Notes under the pieces: generated by a model
Database searches by the model: none
Told to the model about the DNA's origin: nothing
The model's input: the letters and a program-made list of their open reading frames with translations, nothing else
In this document: piece after piece, positions 1 to 14,694 of the stretch
How positions within the stretch are numbered: the first letter of the stretch is position 1
Layout: every line of letters begins with the position of its first letter
Origin: the human T2T-CHM13v2.0 reference genome, Homo sapiens
Assembly: GCF_009914755.1 (NCBI RefSeq)
Contig: NC_060927.1
Direction: 5' to 3' (one strand)
Length of the DNA: 64,000 nucleotides
Translations under genes and position numbers: made by a program

Positions 1-44
1 TCAATTATGGCAAGGGGTGAAAAAAACCTGAAATTATTGTTTAA

Positions 45-372
45 AAGTAAACTGGTTACTAAAGGATAGGAGAAGAGGGGTGAGGGGCGAAAGGGAAAGG
101 TTGGTTAACAGATACAAAATTACAGCTAGATAGGAGGAATAAATTCTAGCGTTCTGTAGCACTGTAAGGTGACCACAGTTAACAATAATTTATTGTATAC
201 TTTCAAACAGCTAGAGAGGATTTCTAAGGTTCCCAACACAAAAAAATGATAAACATTTGTGGTGACAGATATGTTAATTACCATGAATTGATCACTACAC
301 ATTGTTGACATGTATCAAAATCACCGTACCCCATAAATATGTACAATTATTACACGTCAATTAAAAAAGTAA
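45..372 (+). mobile_element. L1MA-type LINE-1 3' end
   Basis: gatacaaaattacagctagataggaggaataaattc...ccccataaatatgtacaattat...ttaaaaaa is a typical L1MA 3' UTR. Confidence 0.8.
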
Positions 373-906
373 AAGATCACTTCTTGTAAATCCCACCTTA
401 TATGCTATGGCAAATACTATTTCCAACCATTTAAAAAACTCTTTTGCTCCAAATGGGTCAGTCCCAATGAATAAGTAGTTCTTTTAAGTATTTGGAATAG
501 TTTGCAAAGCCCCGTGTGAATGCATACAGTCCCACAGTCCCTGGAGGCCACAAAGCATTCCCAACTCCTTGTCATGGTTACCTTTAATGCCCAAGAGTTG
601 TAGCTTTACCAAGAACTGGGGGACAGAGGGCCCATCTCAAGGCAAATAAACTGAGAAGCAAGGCCATGTAAAATGTGTTCTTTTCTCCATGTAACAACAT
701 TTTCATTCTCAAAAGTTTGGTTTTTATGATTCATCTTGCAAACTGACAGCCCAAGTCTGCTCTCTAGTTTGTGTTATCACACTGAGTCATCTGTGACTCA
801 GAGACAGAAAAATGCTGCCACGGGCTCAGAAAACACCTCCTCCTCCACCAGCACCTTACACAACCTCCCTGAAGAAATTATCATTGCTGCTTCTGTTAAA
901 AATTCA

Positions 907-1044
<138 letters not shown>

Positions 1045-1540
1045 TTACTATAAATGTACGACATGTGCATCATCATAGAAAATTTAAAGATCACCTGGGT
1101 ATCCAACAATCAGAGAGAACAAAGTCATACACAGCCATCCATTCTTTTATTTGTTTTTACATAGTGTGCATGCATATATGAATATATGTGTATGTATGTG
1201 TATGTTTGTATATATATAAACGTCTTTAAACATATTTAAGGAAATAAAAACTAAATATTATATGATAAACTTTTCTTAATATACTAGGATTCTAAACTTC
1301 CTGAAAACAATACCCTCCCTAGAGTTTGGGCAATGACCTTCATTATTATGGCCATAGTGTCACTATTATTATAGCCATAATGTTACCACGAGGATTTAAG
1401 CCTCAGAGTTATTCATTCTTATCCCCCTTCTTAGCCATGTCAGAGTTATGCCTAGAAAGCATTCTTGAAAATTCCGTGAACTCACCTGTCAAGACAGAAT
1501 TATAAAACTTGCCACAAATTTTGCCTTTAAGATTAAATGA

Positions 1541-1892
<352 letters not shown>

Positions 1893-1939
1893 TCAGTCCA
1901 CTGGGACTCTCATGGAAATCACTAGATTCCTAGTTAAAG

Positions 1940-2110
1940 GCATTTGGAGCTGGGAACCCAGACATTGCCATTTACCTCTGTATGACCTTGAGCAAGTTAT
2001 ACATCCTCTGAGCTTCTATTTCATCATCTTAAAAATAGGGGCAACAATACCAACTTCACAAGTGGTGAGTCAGTTTTAAAATATCACATGGAAAACACTC
2101 AGCTGCATCT
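1940..2110 (+). mobile_element. MIR fragment
   Basis: MIR core tgtatgaccttgagcaagtta...ctctgagcttc...catcttaaaaataggg. Confidence 0.65.
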
Positions 2111-3295
2111 CCTGGAACTCAGTGTAGCAGCCATAAGACACTCAGTAATAAAATTACATTTAAAAGGCTAAGACTATCAGCTCTTGAAATTACGGATCCC
2201 CACCTTGTCCAGCACCTTGCACAGCATAGATGCCCAGTATTATCAATATTATCAAATATTATCAAATGACACCTCACTGATTTGGACACATTGTGGGAAG
2301 GGTCTGTGTGACATACCACCAGCTAAAGCATTTCCAAGTCTATGCAGGAACTCCCGAAATAATGAAGCTAGCAGAATGCCTGCAACTCCATAAATATCAT
2401 CTCTTTTCTCAAGAAGGAGAACCAAGTTGCTTGAGTGTGACCTCAAAGAGGATCAGCTTTAATCAAAAGATAGTCTCAATATTATTAGGGTAACCACCTT
2501 AGCAATATTAGCCTTCAATTATAAGAGATACAAATAGACACTTTGAACAGTTGCATATTTTAGTCTTCAAGGGAGCGAAATATCTATTTCTTCGTGTCTT
2601 CTTTCCTTCCTTTACTTATCTGCTTTTAAACAACAAAAGAAAGATCAAGATTCGGTGTGGAATTATTAGTAATCAATGATAATGAAATCACTGGGAGTTT
2701 ATGGTACCATAAATCAGTTCTCTAACATATATCCACGTGTCTAAAAGAACGTTTGCTCAATGATAGCAGAAACCATATCTGGCACATAGTAGGCATTCAA
2801 AAAGTATGTGTTAAATGAAAAAATGCATGAAGCCCAGAGAGCAAAGATTATTAATGTGAAGTTCTTGGAAATGCTCTAGAGCATCTATAAACTACCTGAA
2901 ATTATATACACTACTGCATGTGAATATTAGCATGTATGTGCCCATGTGGATTTTTTTTTTGGTGGGGGGGTTTAATTGCATAAGATTCTCATCTGTGTTG
3001 ATTATATTTTTTAGAAGTTATGAACCCTTGCTTTGCAGCTGCCACTATGTTGCCCTTGCCTGCATAAACACAAAACCCCTGCATTCTTTGTTAATGAACG
3101 GGTTCTCAAGTGTTTACTCTTAGACAAGTATTATAGAATCCTTCTCTGGCTTATTTGGGACAGAAATTAGCATTATGTACCACTGTCATATAACACATCT
3201 TGGAAAACACATGCAAAAATGTTGCCTGGCAGTTTGCAAACCATGCCGAGTTGGAGAAAAGTATACTTGCCAGAAATCAGAAATAAATCTCTCTC

Positions 3296-3638
3296 TTTTT
3301 TTTTGTTTTTTTTTTGTTTTTGTTTTTGTTTTTGTTTTTGTTTTTGTTTTTAGATGGAGTCTCGCTCTGTCACCCAGGCTGGAGTGCAGTGGCATGATCT
3401 CAACTCATGCTCATTGCAACTTCTGCCTCCCAGGTTCAAGTGATTCTTGTGCCTCAGCCTCCTGAGGAGCTGGGACTACAGGCCCGTACCACCACGTCCA
3501 GCTAATTTTTGTATTATTAGTAGAGATAGGGTTTCACAATGTTGGTCAGGCTGGTCTCAAACTCCTGACCCTAAGTGATCCCCCTGCCTCGGCCTCTCAA
3601 AGTGCTGGGATTACAGGTGTGAGCCACCACACCTGGCC
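3296..3638 (-). mobile_element. AluS with (TTTTTG)n tail
   Basis: Full antisense Alu, tail expanded into a hexamer repeat, flanking repeat agaaataaa. Confidence 0.95.
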
Positions 3639-4807
3639 AGAAATAAAAATCTTAATTTGGAGATAGAACAAAAGAGATGGTCACTTTCATAGTATCTTTA
3701 TTTGTCCATATCATTCTAAGACATAAAAAAGTGACTCAATTGAAGTATAGAAGTCCGAGGTCTATAAATGCACATACCAAAAATTCAAAAGAGACCCACA
3801 AAGTGAAACACAGAACAGATGTGAAGATGACAAGTGAAGTAGAGTATTCAGGTGTGACCTGCCCAAACATCCCTGATAAACATAATAGTAGTAATGATAA
3901 TAATAACAGCAATGGTGATACCATAATTTATAGCTGTAACCCTTGACTATAATCAAAGCACTTTTCACATAGATGTATGAGGCTGATACAATGACTGCCA
4001 TTTCATAGACTGTGACATGAAGGCTCAGAGAAGTTCAAGTCTTGTCCACGCCACACAGTTATTGAATAGGGAGGCTGAGGTATAACCACACATCTCCCAC
4101 TTCTAAATGCTGTGTTTTGTTTGACATTTTACTTTAGATCACAGAATAAATGTTAGGCCTTAATCCTTCCCAGTTTATGGATATGTTGTTAATTATTCAC
4201 TGAAATCCAGAAAAATCAAGGTGCTAGAGAACACCAATTCATTATTTTCTCTACTGCTGTGGAATTCATGTGTTGGTGGATGGGGTAAGTTGGTACAAAG
4301 GAAACATCAAGGGCAGTAGCAAAATAAGAAACTTGGCCTTAGAGTCCTTTGAAGCTATTTTAAAAAGTAAAATGTTATGTTAAGAGCTATGTGGTGTATC
4401 TCTCTGTGTATGTAATTATTATTCTATTGATTTATTGCACACATGTCAGAGTGTCTGGGCATTTGTACAAGTTCAAACAAACCAACCAAAGAGCCAAGCC
4501 ACATAGCCGCAAACCGAGACAGCTTGCCTCCTACACCTCACCCCACCCTTCATCCTACCAACTCCCAAATGCAAATTCCCTGGTAGCAAAACCTTCTTTA
4601 CAGAGATGAACCGTTAAGCCATGACGTCTGTCATTTATACTATTCTAAAAGAGCAGCCAAAGCCAGTTGATGGCACAGATATAGCAGGACTCTCCCCATT
4701 ACAAAGAGAGCCCCCTTCTGTTTTGGCAAGAACTTTCAGGAATGACTCAGGAATCAAATTGCAAGGAGCTATCACATGTAACCTCCTTTGAGGATGAGCA
4801 CCATATC

Positions 4808-4908
4808 TTTTTTTTTTTTAACCTTTTATTTTAGGTTCACGGATACATGTGTGGGTTTGTTGTATAGGTAAATTGTGTTTCACAGGTTTGGTGTACAGAT
4901 TATTTCAT
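4808..4908 (-). mobile_element. Short L1PA/L1PB 3'-terminal fragment
   Basis: Poly-T then ttttattttaggttca...tacatgtg...gtttgtt...ggtaaattg. Confidence 0.75.
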
Positions 4909-5877
4909 ATGAATTTAAATTCAGATTTTTCATTGTAGGGCATAATGAAACACAACATATCTCATCTTCTGAATACTCACCCACTAACACACCACACAGC
5001 AGGTAGAAAGACTCTTATTTACCTCTGCTATCCCAAAGAGTGGGGAAATCACTTTAAAGTATTCTACACTGCTGCCAAAAATCCTCTGCCCACAATCCAA
5101 CAATTAGAGCAATTTCAACCTAAATTGCTCCCCCTAAGAGACAGACGTAATTAGATAAGTTTCTCCTCTGTTTCCATGTACAAAGAGATCTTAAAAGGAA
5201 AAAAAAGGCAAAAGAAAATTCCTCAGCCGTTTCCAGCTGATAAAATCAGTAATCTCATACTCCCAACTTCAAAGCAGAAGACTTAGAAAATCATCTCACT
5301 TTCTCTGCACACGGAGAATAATTTTTTTCTACTTCAAAGCACCAACTCTTTATTTGGTCATTTTAATTATTGAACATGGGACGGAAGCTATCCACATAAT
5401 GTCACCACTGTCTTTTTCATGAAATATGTATAGGTCTAATTTGGACTACATTAATTTGAGAGAGGTAAAATACAGGGAGGGGAATGAGAAAGGAAAGAGG
5501 ACAAGGAATATAGCCTCCATCAGTATAAGATAGTGAGAAGAAAAGCCTTTCTGACCTGGCTCCTCATTCATTTTCTCTGGAGAGAAACCATCAAGAAACC
5601 TGACTGCTGGTTTGGGTAAGCAGACTGCCTTGCTTCTCAAATTCTCTCCTACCCAACAACACACAGCAACACAATTACACTAACTTTATCGGTAATCCTG
5701 GTATTATTGACAAAATATGGGTACAAGCAGTTGCTTTTTGAATAATACAGTGAAGAAAAATGAATGCTCTAGAACAGCTGTCAGCAAACTTTCTCCATTT
5801 AGGGTACCACAGCCAGAGAGAAGACTAGCTGGGCATTCCAATGCCCACTCAATCCTCTTCCCACAAAATCACAATGC

Positions 5878-6100
5878 CAGAAATTGGCAAACTTTCTGTA
5901 AAAAGCCAGACAGTAAATATTTTCAGCTTTGTGGGCCATACAATATCTATTGCAACTGCTCGACTCTGCTGTTGTAGCACAAAAGCAGCCAAAGACAACA
6001 TGTAGATGAATGGGTATGGCTGTGTTCCAATAATACTTTATTTACAAAAGCAGGCTCAGGGCCAGATCTGGCCCACAAGCCATAGTTTTGGTTGACCCCT
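5878..6100. mobile_element. MER58A (hAT-Charlie DNA transposon)
   Basis: ggcaaactttctgtaaa...gtaaatattttcagctttgtgggcca...ggctgtgttccaataa...catagttt...gacccct. Confidence 0.85.
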
Positions 6101-6137
6101 ATTTGAGACAAGTACTAGATGGTAGAAATGTTCTCTA

Positions 6138-6290
6138 GCTGTGCTGTCTAATACAGCAGCCACTAGCCACATGTAACTGTTAGTACTTGATATGTGGCTA
6201 ATGTGACTATAGAACTACAGTTTGAATTTCACTGGATTTTAATTAATTTTAGTTTAAATAGCCACATGTGGCTACAGTGTTAACACACAA
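6138..6290. mobile_element. MER3/MER33-like hAT element
   Basis: gtgctgtctaatacagcagccactagccacatgt...aaatagccacatgtggcta. Confidence 0.75.
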
Positions 6291-6361
6291 TTCTAGATAC
6301 TATTCACTGCTGCCTCCTCAAAGGAGATAGAAGCCAACTTCCAATTTATAGTATAGATTAA

Positions 6362-6745
<384 letters not shown>

Positions 6746-7894
6746 TGAAAATGGTATTTTTTAAATGTGAAATATCTACATCATTGAGACCAAGGTGATT
6801 GTTTCGAATTGAAGCATTCAGGTAGCTGCCTATCAGCCAATGGTCAAAGGTATAGGGGCTGAGTCAGGTTCATGCTAAGACCTATCCAATCCAGAAAGTA
6901 TTTTCTTCCGCCTCTGGACACTGTCGTGCACCTTGACTGAAAGCACAGATCTACTCAACAGTCCCATTAACTCCTAAGGCCAATCCAAACCTCCCCACAG
7001 ATGCTAAAATATATACATGCAAAGACACAGCTCAAAGAGCCCAAGAGAGAGCATGCATGTTGATTAGAATGCCTTCTAAAGTAATGCACACAGCACAGTG
7101 CCTCAACACAAAATCAAGATTCACCACATTTTTCCCTATTGCCTGCTGCATTTGATAACTATTTTATTTACACAATAACTAGCTTGTGTTTTGCATTTCT
7201 TAGCAGACCCAAAGATGTAATCCAAGGAGGAAAAGCAAGGAAATAGGATAGTAACATATTTTTGTTGTTCTTCTAAGCATGAATAAGAGATAACAAACCA
7301 ATATTTCCTTTGAGAAACTCACACAATATCAACTTTCTTCAATGGGTAAAAGAAATTGAAGATACTCCTTAGTAAACAAGAACCCTTTGGAAACATGGGT
7401 GCCAGAAGGGGAACCCATACAGAGGATGCACAGCAAAGCAAGGCAGATGACATTCCAGTTATTTTATGATTTTTGATAAAATGAAACCATTCTAGATCCA
7501 AGCCCTTGACTTGGATTTACCAAATCTAAAATGCTCCGAAGTATGAAAAAAAGAAATTCCAAGTGTGAACCAAACACCTTTGGTGGCACAACTTGACACA
7601 AACTGACAAGAGTCTAATTATACAGTCTTTATTTATCCCACTTAGTATAAGAAATTTTTTTAATGCAAAAATATGCATGTGTTTGTTTATGGGGTGTTGC
7701 TACAACTTCACTTGCAGTGTTACACAATCTATACAATGCATCTCACCTTTCTGAAAGCCCAACAAATATGAATTTCAAAATACATCTGGCCCCAAGGGTT
7801 AGGATAAAGGGTCTTTGGAGGAAAGTTGTTCAGGTAGGGCAATTTCTATCAATTCAATGTCTCTGCTGTCTAGAATCCTGAGAGAGTGCCTTAC

Positions 7895-8062
7895 CTCAGT
7901 CTGAAGGATGGCAGCCCTCTGTTCTTTGGCAGTAAGTGACTCTTTGAGCACTTCAATGTGTTGCTTGCAATCTGAATTTTGATTGCTGAGGGTTTCAAGC
8001 TTTGTTTGTAAGGCAAGAAGTTCCGACTCTTTCTTTGAAAGTTCCTGCTTCAGCTGATCAAT
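7895..8062 (-). CDS. ERC2: ERC2 internal coding exon (168 nt, IDQLKQELSKKESELLALQTKLETLSNQNSDCKQHIEVLKESLTAKEQRAAILQTE)
   Basis: Acceptor ttgttgttgttttgcag|ATT, donor ACTGAG|gtaagg. 56 codons, phase 0/0. Contains the conserved ERC1/ERC2 motif KQHIEVLKESLTAKEQRAAILQTE. Confidence 0.97.
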
Positions 8063-9140
8063 CTGCAAAACAACAACAAAATTGCAAGAAATTAGAAATT
8101 GCTGCCCCTACACTTTACATTGGACAACTACTGATTTCTCTCCATTTCAGCAGCCAGTGATCAATAATCCAACAAGGCAGGCCACGAATTTGCTTAAAAA
8201 AGATGGCCTTGGGAATCACACAGTCTTTGGGTTCTGGAGGAAAATCTGTAAAGGTCACTGAGAGTATAGGAAATAGGAATGGAAAGGTCAGCAGACTGCC
8301 CTCCATCCCACTGTGGACCAAATTTCACAATGGAATGAAGCCTTCCCAGCCAAACCTACTCATCTGTGAAACCACCAAGTATATTACCACCATGGTCCTG
8401 AGGAGAGTCAATAGGGATCTAACATGGGTAATTAAACCAAGGCATAACTCCACAGTGCAAATAATCATTCAAGGGCATCATTTGACAAAAGAATCCTAAA
8501 AAACAAGTAAGCACTGGGGATCATCTTTTTGCTTACATTAAATATTGAGAAGATACAAAAAGAACATAAAATATACGTGAGGTATGAGGAAAAATGACCC
8601 AAAAAATCCATAATTCAATTCACCAAAAAAGATCACTAGAATTACCCATGTCCTATCCCATTTCTATCTCCTCCCCCCATTTGGAAATAATTACCACCCC
8701 AAATTTTGTGTTTATTATTTCTTTGCTTGTCTTTTAGGCTGATCATATATTTTTGCATCCATAAATATACACTATTTGGTTTTGCATGTTTTTAAACTTT
8801 ATTTGGGCTACAATTTTTTTTCCTACTTTGCTTTTTTTCCTACTCAATCTTATGTCCTGAAGATTAAATCACAATGTTGTACATAGAGTTCATTCATTTT
8901 CACTGAAGTAGAGTATTCCATTGTAAGACTTCACCACAATTTATCTGCCCACTCTGCTGTTGATAGAAATTCGGTTCTGTTCTTAGGTTTTTTGCTACTA
9001 TAAAAAATGCTATTCTGAACATTCTTATACATATAACCTAGTTCACATAGCAATAATATTCTCAAGTGTCTATCTAAGATTTAAATTGCTGAACCACATA
9101 GCATATTCATCTTCAATTTCACTAGATAAAACAAAAATGT

Positions 9141-9453
<313 letters not shown>

Positions 9454-9555
9454 TTACATGATCACAAGCACCTTGCAAGTATGCCAACCACTCCACCTCT
9501 TCACTAATAACTTATGTCACTGGTCTTTTACACTTTTGCCAATTTGATATGCGTT

Positions 9556-9880
9556 GTGCAGGTAGATGATCTGCAGAGACATCATCTACCCATTCCTTCA
9601 TTCCTTCCTACTTGTACACAAATGTCGCTCCTCACAACTAGAGCTGAAGTTTATTTACCCTCTTCTTGAACCTGGGCTGGACTGTGACTTCCTTCTGCCA
9701 ACAAATGCAGCAAAATAATCAGTATACCTGTTATAGCCCTAGCCTACAGGGGGACTGGCAGCTTCTGCTTCTACCCACTGGAAGCCAGCCACCATGTTCT
9801 AGAAGCTCAACCACCCTGTGACCACCATGGTGTGAGGAAGACCATACCAGACATATGGACAGGCCATGCAGAAAGACAGG
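9556..9880 (+). mobile_element. Old MaLR LTR fragment (MLT1G/H-like)
   Basis: cttgaacctgggctggactgtgactt...actggcagcttctgcttc...ccaccatg.tgtgaggaag. Confidence 0.55.
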
Positions 9881-11715
9881 GAGGCCTGTGGTCATGGTGG
9901 CCCCTTTGTCTTGTTTCAGGCCTCAAAGGGAAGAATTTCAATGTTTCATCATTACATTTTGTGTCTGCATTGGTTTTTTATAGACATTTTATTAGGCTTC
10001 GCATTATTACAACTATACCAAAAGTATTTTTTAATCAGTAGTGAATTTTTAACATTACCAAACATTTTTTTCTATATCTCATGGTTTATCGCCATTTTTC
10101 AACTTTCATATGTTATTGTAATGAATTGCATTAATGAAATTTTTAACCTTAATCTCCCCTGGCATTACTATGAAAAACTCCACTCGATCATTACATATTT
10201 TTTATATGTTACTGGATTCAGCTTGCTAATATTTTGTAAGGATCTTTTATTTATGTTTATGACTGAGACTGGTTTATAATTTTCCTATCCTATGCTGTCC
10301 TTGTCAGGTTTTAATATCAATATAGCCTTCCGAATGAAGTAGGAAGTGTTCCTTCCTTTAATGTGTTTGGAAATGGTTCCTGTGAAATTGGAATTTTTTT
10401 TTTACACTAATGTTCATTAGAAATCACCAGCAAAACCATTCAGAGCTGTTATTTTCTTTTTCCAAAGAACATTACTTACTAATCCACTTTTAATGGCTGC
10501 AGGAATATTCACGTTTCTATTTAGCTGAGTCAGTGTTGATACATTTTTTTCCCCAAAGAATTTTTTGTTTCATCTAAATTTTCACACTTATTTGCAGGAA
10601 ACGTCTAAAAAACCCACTTATCCTTATATCAATAGCATTTATGATTATGTCTTCCTTTTCATTTCTAATATTCTACATTATTAACCTCTCTTTTTTCAAG
10701 TTTTATTTTAGCTTTAACCACTCTTTTTCCTGATGAATCTCAGTAGACACATGTCAAGTTAAGTATTCTTATCAAGGAACCAATTTTGGCTATATTGATT
10801 ATGCAATTACACTTTTATTTTCTGTTTCATTCATGTCTGCTGCTTTTAAATATTTCCTTCCTTCCACTTTCTTTGGGCTTATTCTATTTTCTTTTCCTAA
10901 CTTTTTAAGTTGGATGTTTATACTAATTTTCAGCCTTGTTTCATTCCTAAGATAATCCTTCAGACTATAAGTCTTGATTTGGTTATCTTTAAATTTGCTT
11001 GGTTTCTTATAGTCTCTTGTTCTTTATTCATATTTTCAATCTCTTATTTAGACATATTAAACACACTTATTAATATTTCATAGTCTTTTTCTTATAATTC
11101 CAACTTTTGAAGTCTTTGCTTTCTGATTCTGCTATTTATTCTTTCTACTGGCTGTCATTTATGGTGGCCTGTTTTCTTGCAGATTTTGTGATTTTTCTCC
11201 TTTTTTTGGTACTGTGTACTAGTTTTTTTTTTTTGGAACTTTATCTGAAAAAATACTTTAAGGCTTATGTGGTCCTTTAGAGAATTTGCCTCTGCCAATA
11301 CCTGGGGACACTACCAACCAAGAATGTAGCTGCTTTAAGCTACATTATCTACCTGAAGTTTTCCGATCATCTTGCACAGCACATCCATGTAACAGCCAGC
11401 TGTGGTTATGGATTCTGAGAACAAATTTTTTCATCTTTTACTTGGCTCAAAGCTTTAAAACAGAAAATCTTCCCTGGAGTCCCCTAGTCTAAGTGTGAGG
11501 AGGGGGAATATGGTAAGGTTATTTTTAGTTTGCCTCTGCACTAGCAGTATAGCTGTCTGAGATCCCAGCTTCATGTGGTGGTGGTAATAGGGTTCCTACA
11601 ATCCCTCATCTTAAGTAGGCCCAGACTTCTGTCTTTTTTCTTCAGTGTCCTTGTGGCTATGAAAACCAGAGCTCAAGTTCATCTATCTGAAAATTGCCAA
11701 CAAGAATAAATAACC

Positions 11716-12084
11716 TGATATGGTTTGGTTGTGTCCCCACCCAAATCTCATCTTGAATTGTAGCTCCCATAATTCCTACATGTCATGGGAGGGACCCAGC
11801 AGGAGGTAATTGAATCATGGGGGAGGGGCCAGTCTTTCCCATGCTGTTCTCATGATAGTGAATAAATCTCATGAGATCCGATGGTTTTATAAAGGGCAGT
11901 TCCCCTGCATACACTCTCTTGCCTGCTGCCATGTAAGACATGACTTTGTTCCTCATTTGCCTTCCACCATGATTGTGAGGCCTCCCCAGCCATGTGGAAT
12001 TGTGAGTTCATTAAACCTCTTTCCTTTATAAATTACCCAGTCATGGGTATGTCTTTATTAGCAGCATGAGAACAGACTAATACA
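11716..12084 (+). mobile_element. THE1B-type solo LTR
   Basis: TGATATGGTTTGG...CAGACTAATACA termini. 5-bp TSD taacc (11711-11715, and 12089-12093 after a duplicated taca). Confidence 0.93.
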
Positions 12085-14390
12085 TACATAACCCATGCTC
12101 TACTTATCACACAGGCTTCCTGCTATGGCTTAGCTTTGACTCTTGAGGTTCTTTCTTACTCAAGAGCTCATAAGTACATTTTAAAATATATGTTTAAAAA
12201 TATATTTCATTCAGTATTTTTTGTTGCTTTCAGCAAGAAAACTGACATAAACAATAACAAGCTACTGACAATATTAGCTGAGCATGAACAGGAGTGAGAC
12301 TCCCATGTTCAGAAGGGTTCAGGTTGCATAACTTAGTAGAAAGGTTGATATGAATGGAAATCCCATTTGCAAGAAGTCAGACTATGTCAGGGAACAAACA
12401 AGCTTCATCTTGCTAGCCAAATCTAAAGGATTGGTAGTGGCTAAACAAAAAACGGTCTTGAGAAGGATCCTAAGTATGTTTAAATATTCACTGGGAAAGA
12501 ATCATGACTGCTTATCAATGTGCCCCAGGTATATGTGAGCAAGTGAGCACTGCTCAGATATGTGCAGTTTCTGAAACACATTATTTCTTTATAATTTAAT
12601 GAATCATGAGTGTGTGGTCATTTTTATGTGGAACAAAAGTAAGAAGTTCTCTCTCTCTCATACATAACAAGAATATAGTATAAATAAAAACAGGGAAAAT
12701 CAGAATTAGGATTATCTAAAATGATAAAAGATACTAAAATCTGTTATGATCAACACTCTTCTCAGGGGGGTATGGCCCCAAATTATATCCAGCTGTAGCT
12801 GACAGCACAGTTTATAGTTGATTCCACATATGAAACTGATTCATCTGAAATTGACACTCAAAAACTTTCAACTCTACACACCTAAGCAAAGATGATGTTT
12901 ATAGTGAAAAAACCGATTCGTGCTAACTTCTACAAATACCACAGTAGAAAGCCAGTGTCGGGTTTGGTGTATTGAGAGAGAAATGAAAAGGAAATCAACT
13001 GGATATAGACAATAGGGTTTAGTCAGGAGGAAGGGCATGGCAGGGTCTACATACACCTCCTTTAGTCAATAAAAATAGATTGATAATGATAAAACTATTT
13101 CAGTCTATAAATATTAAATAGGCAGTGGCTCTAAATAGCTTTCAGGCATTGCTGCCATAAGGTAAATTTTAAATAAATATTTATGTAGACAATAACAGAA
13201 AAGAGCCTTTCTAAGGGGAACATAGTTACAGGGTAAAAAAAATCATATTCTCCCATAAAAATATCCCTTTTGCTTCTTTTACAGCCATAAATTCCATAAA
13301 AATGGAAAGTGATGCAATCGAACATACATGAGAACTGAGGCCAGGGAAGGTCTGTCTCTGTGACAGCCAGAAGAAAAGCCAATCGGAATTACATCACATG
13401 CTTTATATGAAGTCCATGTGGACATCAGGCACACTTCATCCCGTCTGAAAATTCTTCCCCCACTTACGTCTGTGACACAAACTACACCCTGAAAAAAACA
13501 CTCTGCCAAGGAAAACAGCTTCTTTTTCACTGCAGATATGGCCCTTATGTCTAGAAAGTGATATGCTTACTATCATGAAGTTTGGGTTAGGAGGTTTGTA
13601 ATCTATCAGAGGTTTATAAGAAAATGTGTTACAAATTCAGAATAAAGGAGGAGATCTAAGACAGCAGATCGGCATCTTTGGCAAACACTGGAAACAGAGG
13701 GAGCAGCTAATATAGAAATACTGGAATGAGTAGATGAAAAATGTGCTAGACTAGGAACAAAGCCTTATACAGAAAGGAAATGCCATTATTCTTTCCCTAC
13801 CAGAAAAACAATTATGTATTTGGTATGTTCCATTCTCCGAGGTTTAATGGAGCTCCTGAAAGTAATTCATGCTTTCCATGGCCTCCAAGATTCAGCTCTC
13901 ACAGTTTGATTCCTCTAATCCTTCAGTGTTGGGGTAGGAATTGGAGTTTCCAACAGACGAGAGTTACACATCTGAGATCTCCCAGAGGCTCAGTTCTCAG
14001 AGACAATGTTCATGTGCCAAAGGACTTGCAAGATGCCAGGATTTCTACCCTGGCTGACTATGTTTTGTATTCCTGCCTTTGCACAAGCTGAGTTTTGCAA
14101 CCCATCTTCTACCTTTCCAAAAATGTTATATCATGGTTTTTCTATGATGTCATGTTTGTAAAAGCAATTCAGGCATTCACTGACACTTAATTTAATCAAA
14201 GAACTTTCAAGAGACCCTACCAATTCCAACTACCTGCTCTGGATCAAAATGGAAGTGCACACCCTTCCATGTGCCTATTTAAAATATTTTCTTTCCCTCC
14301 AATCTACATGATTTATTCATTTTAATAGTAATGCAAGCAGTATTCCCAGGCTTAAATGAGGAATCACACTCATCACTCAAAGTAGAATTG

Positions 14391-14694
14391 GGCTGGGTGT
14401 GGTGGCTCACATCTGTAATCCCAGCACTTTGGGAGGCTGAGGCAGGCAGATCACTTGAGATCAGGAGTTTGAGACCAGCCTGACCAACATGGTGAAACCC
14501 CATCTCTACCAAAAAAATACAAAAAATAGCTGGCATGGTGGTGTGCACCTGTAATCCCAGCTACTCAGGAGGCTGGGTGGGAGAATTGGTTGAACCTGGG
14601 AGGTAGAGGCTGCAGTGAGCCGAGATCGCACCACTGCACCCCAGCCTGGGTGACAGAGTGAGACCCTGCCTCAAAACAAACGAACAAAAAAAAC
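14391..14694 (+). mobile_element. AluS
   Basis: Full-length dimeric Alu. Confidence 0.95.

Noticed and set aside
1342-1387. Imperfect 23-bp tandem duplication (similar short one at 2238-2266)
   Set aside because: Ordinary slippage products, not a repeat-spacer array.
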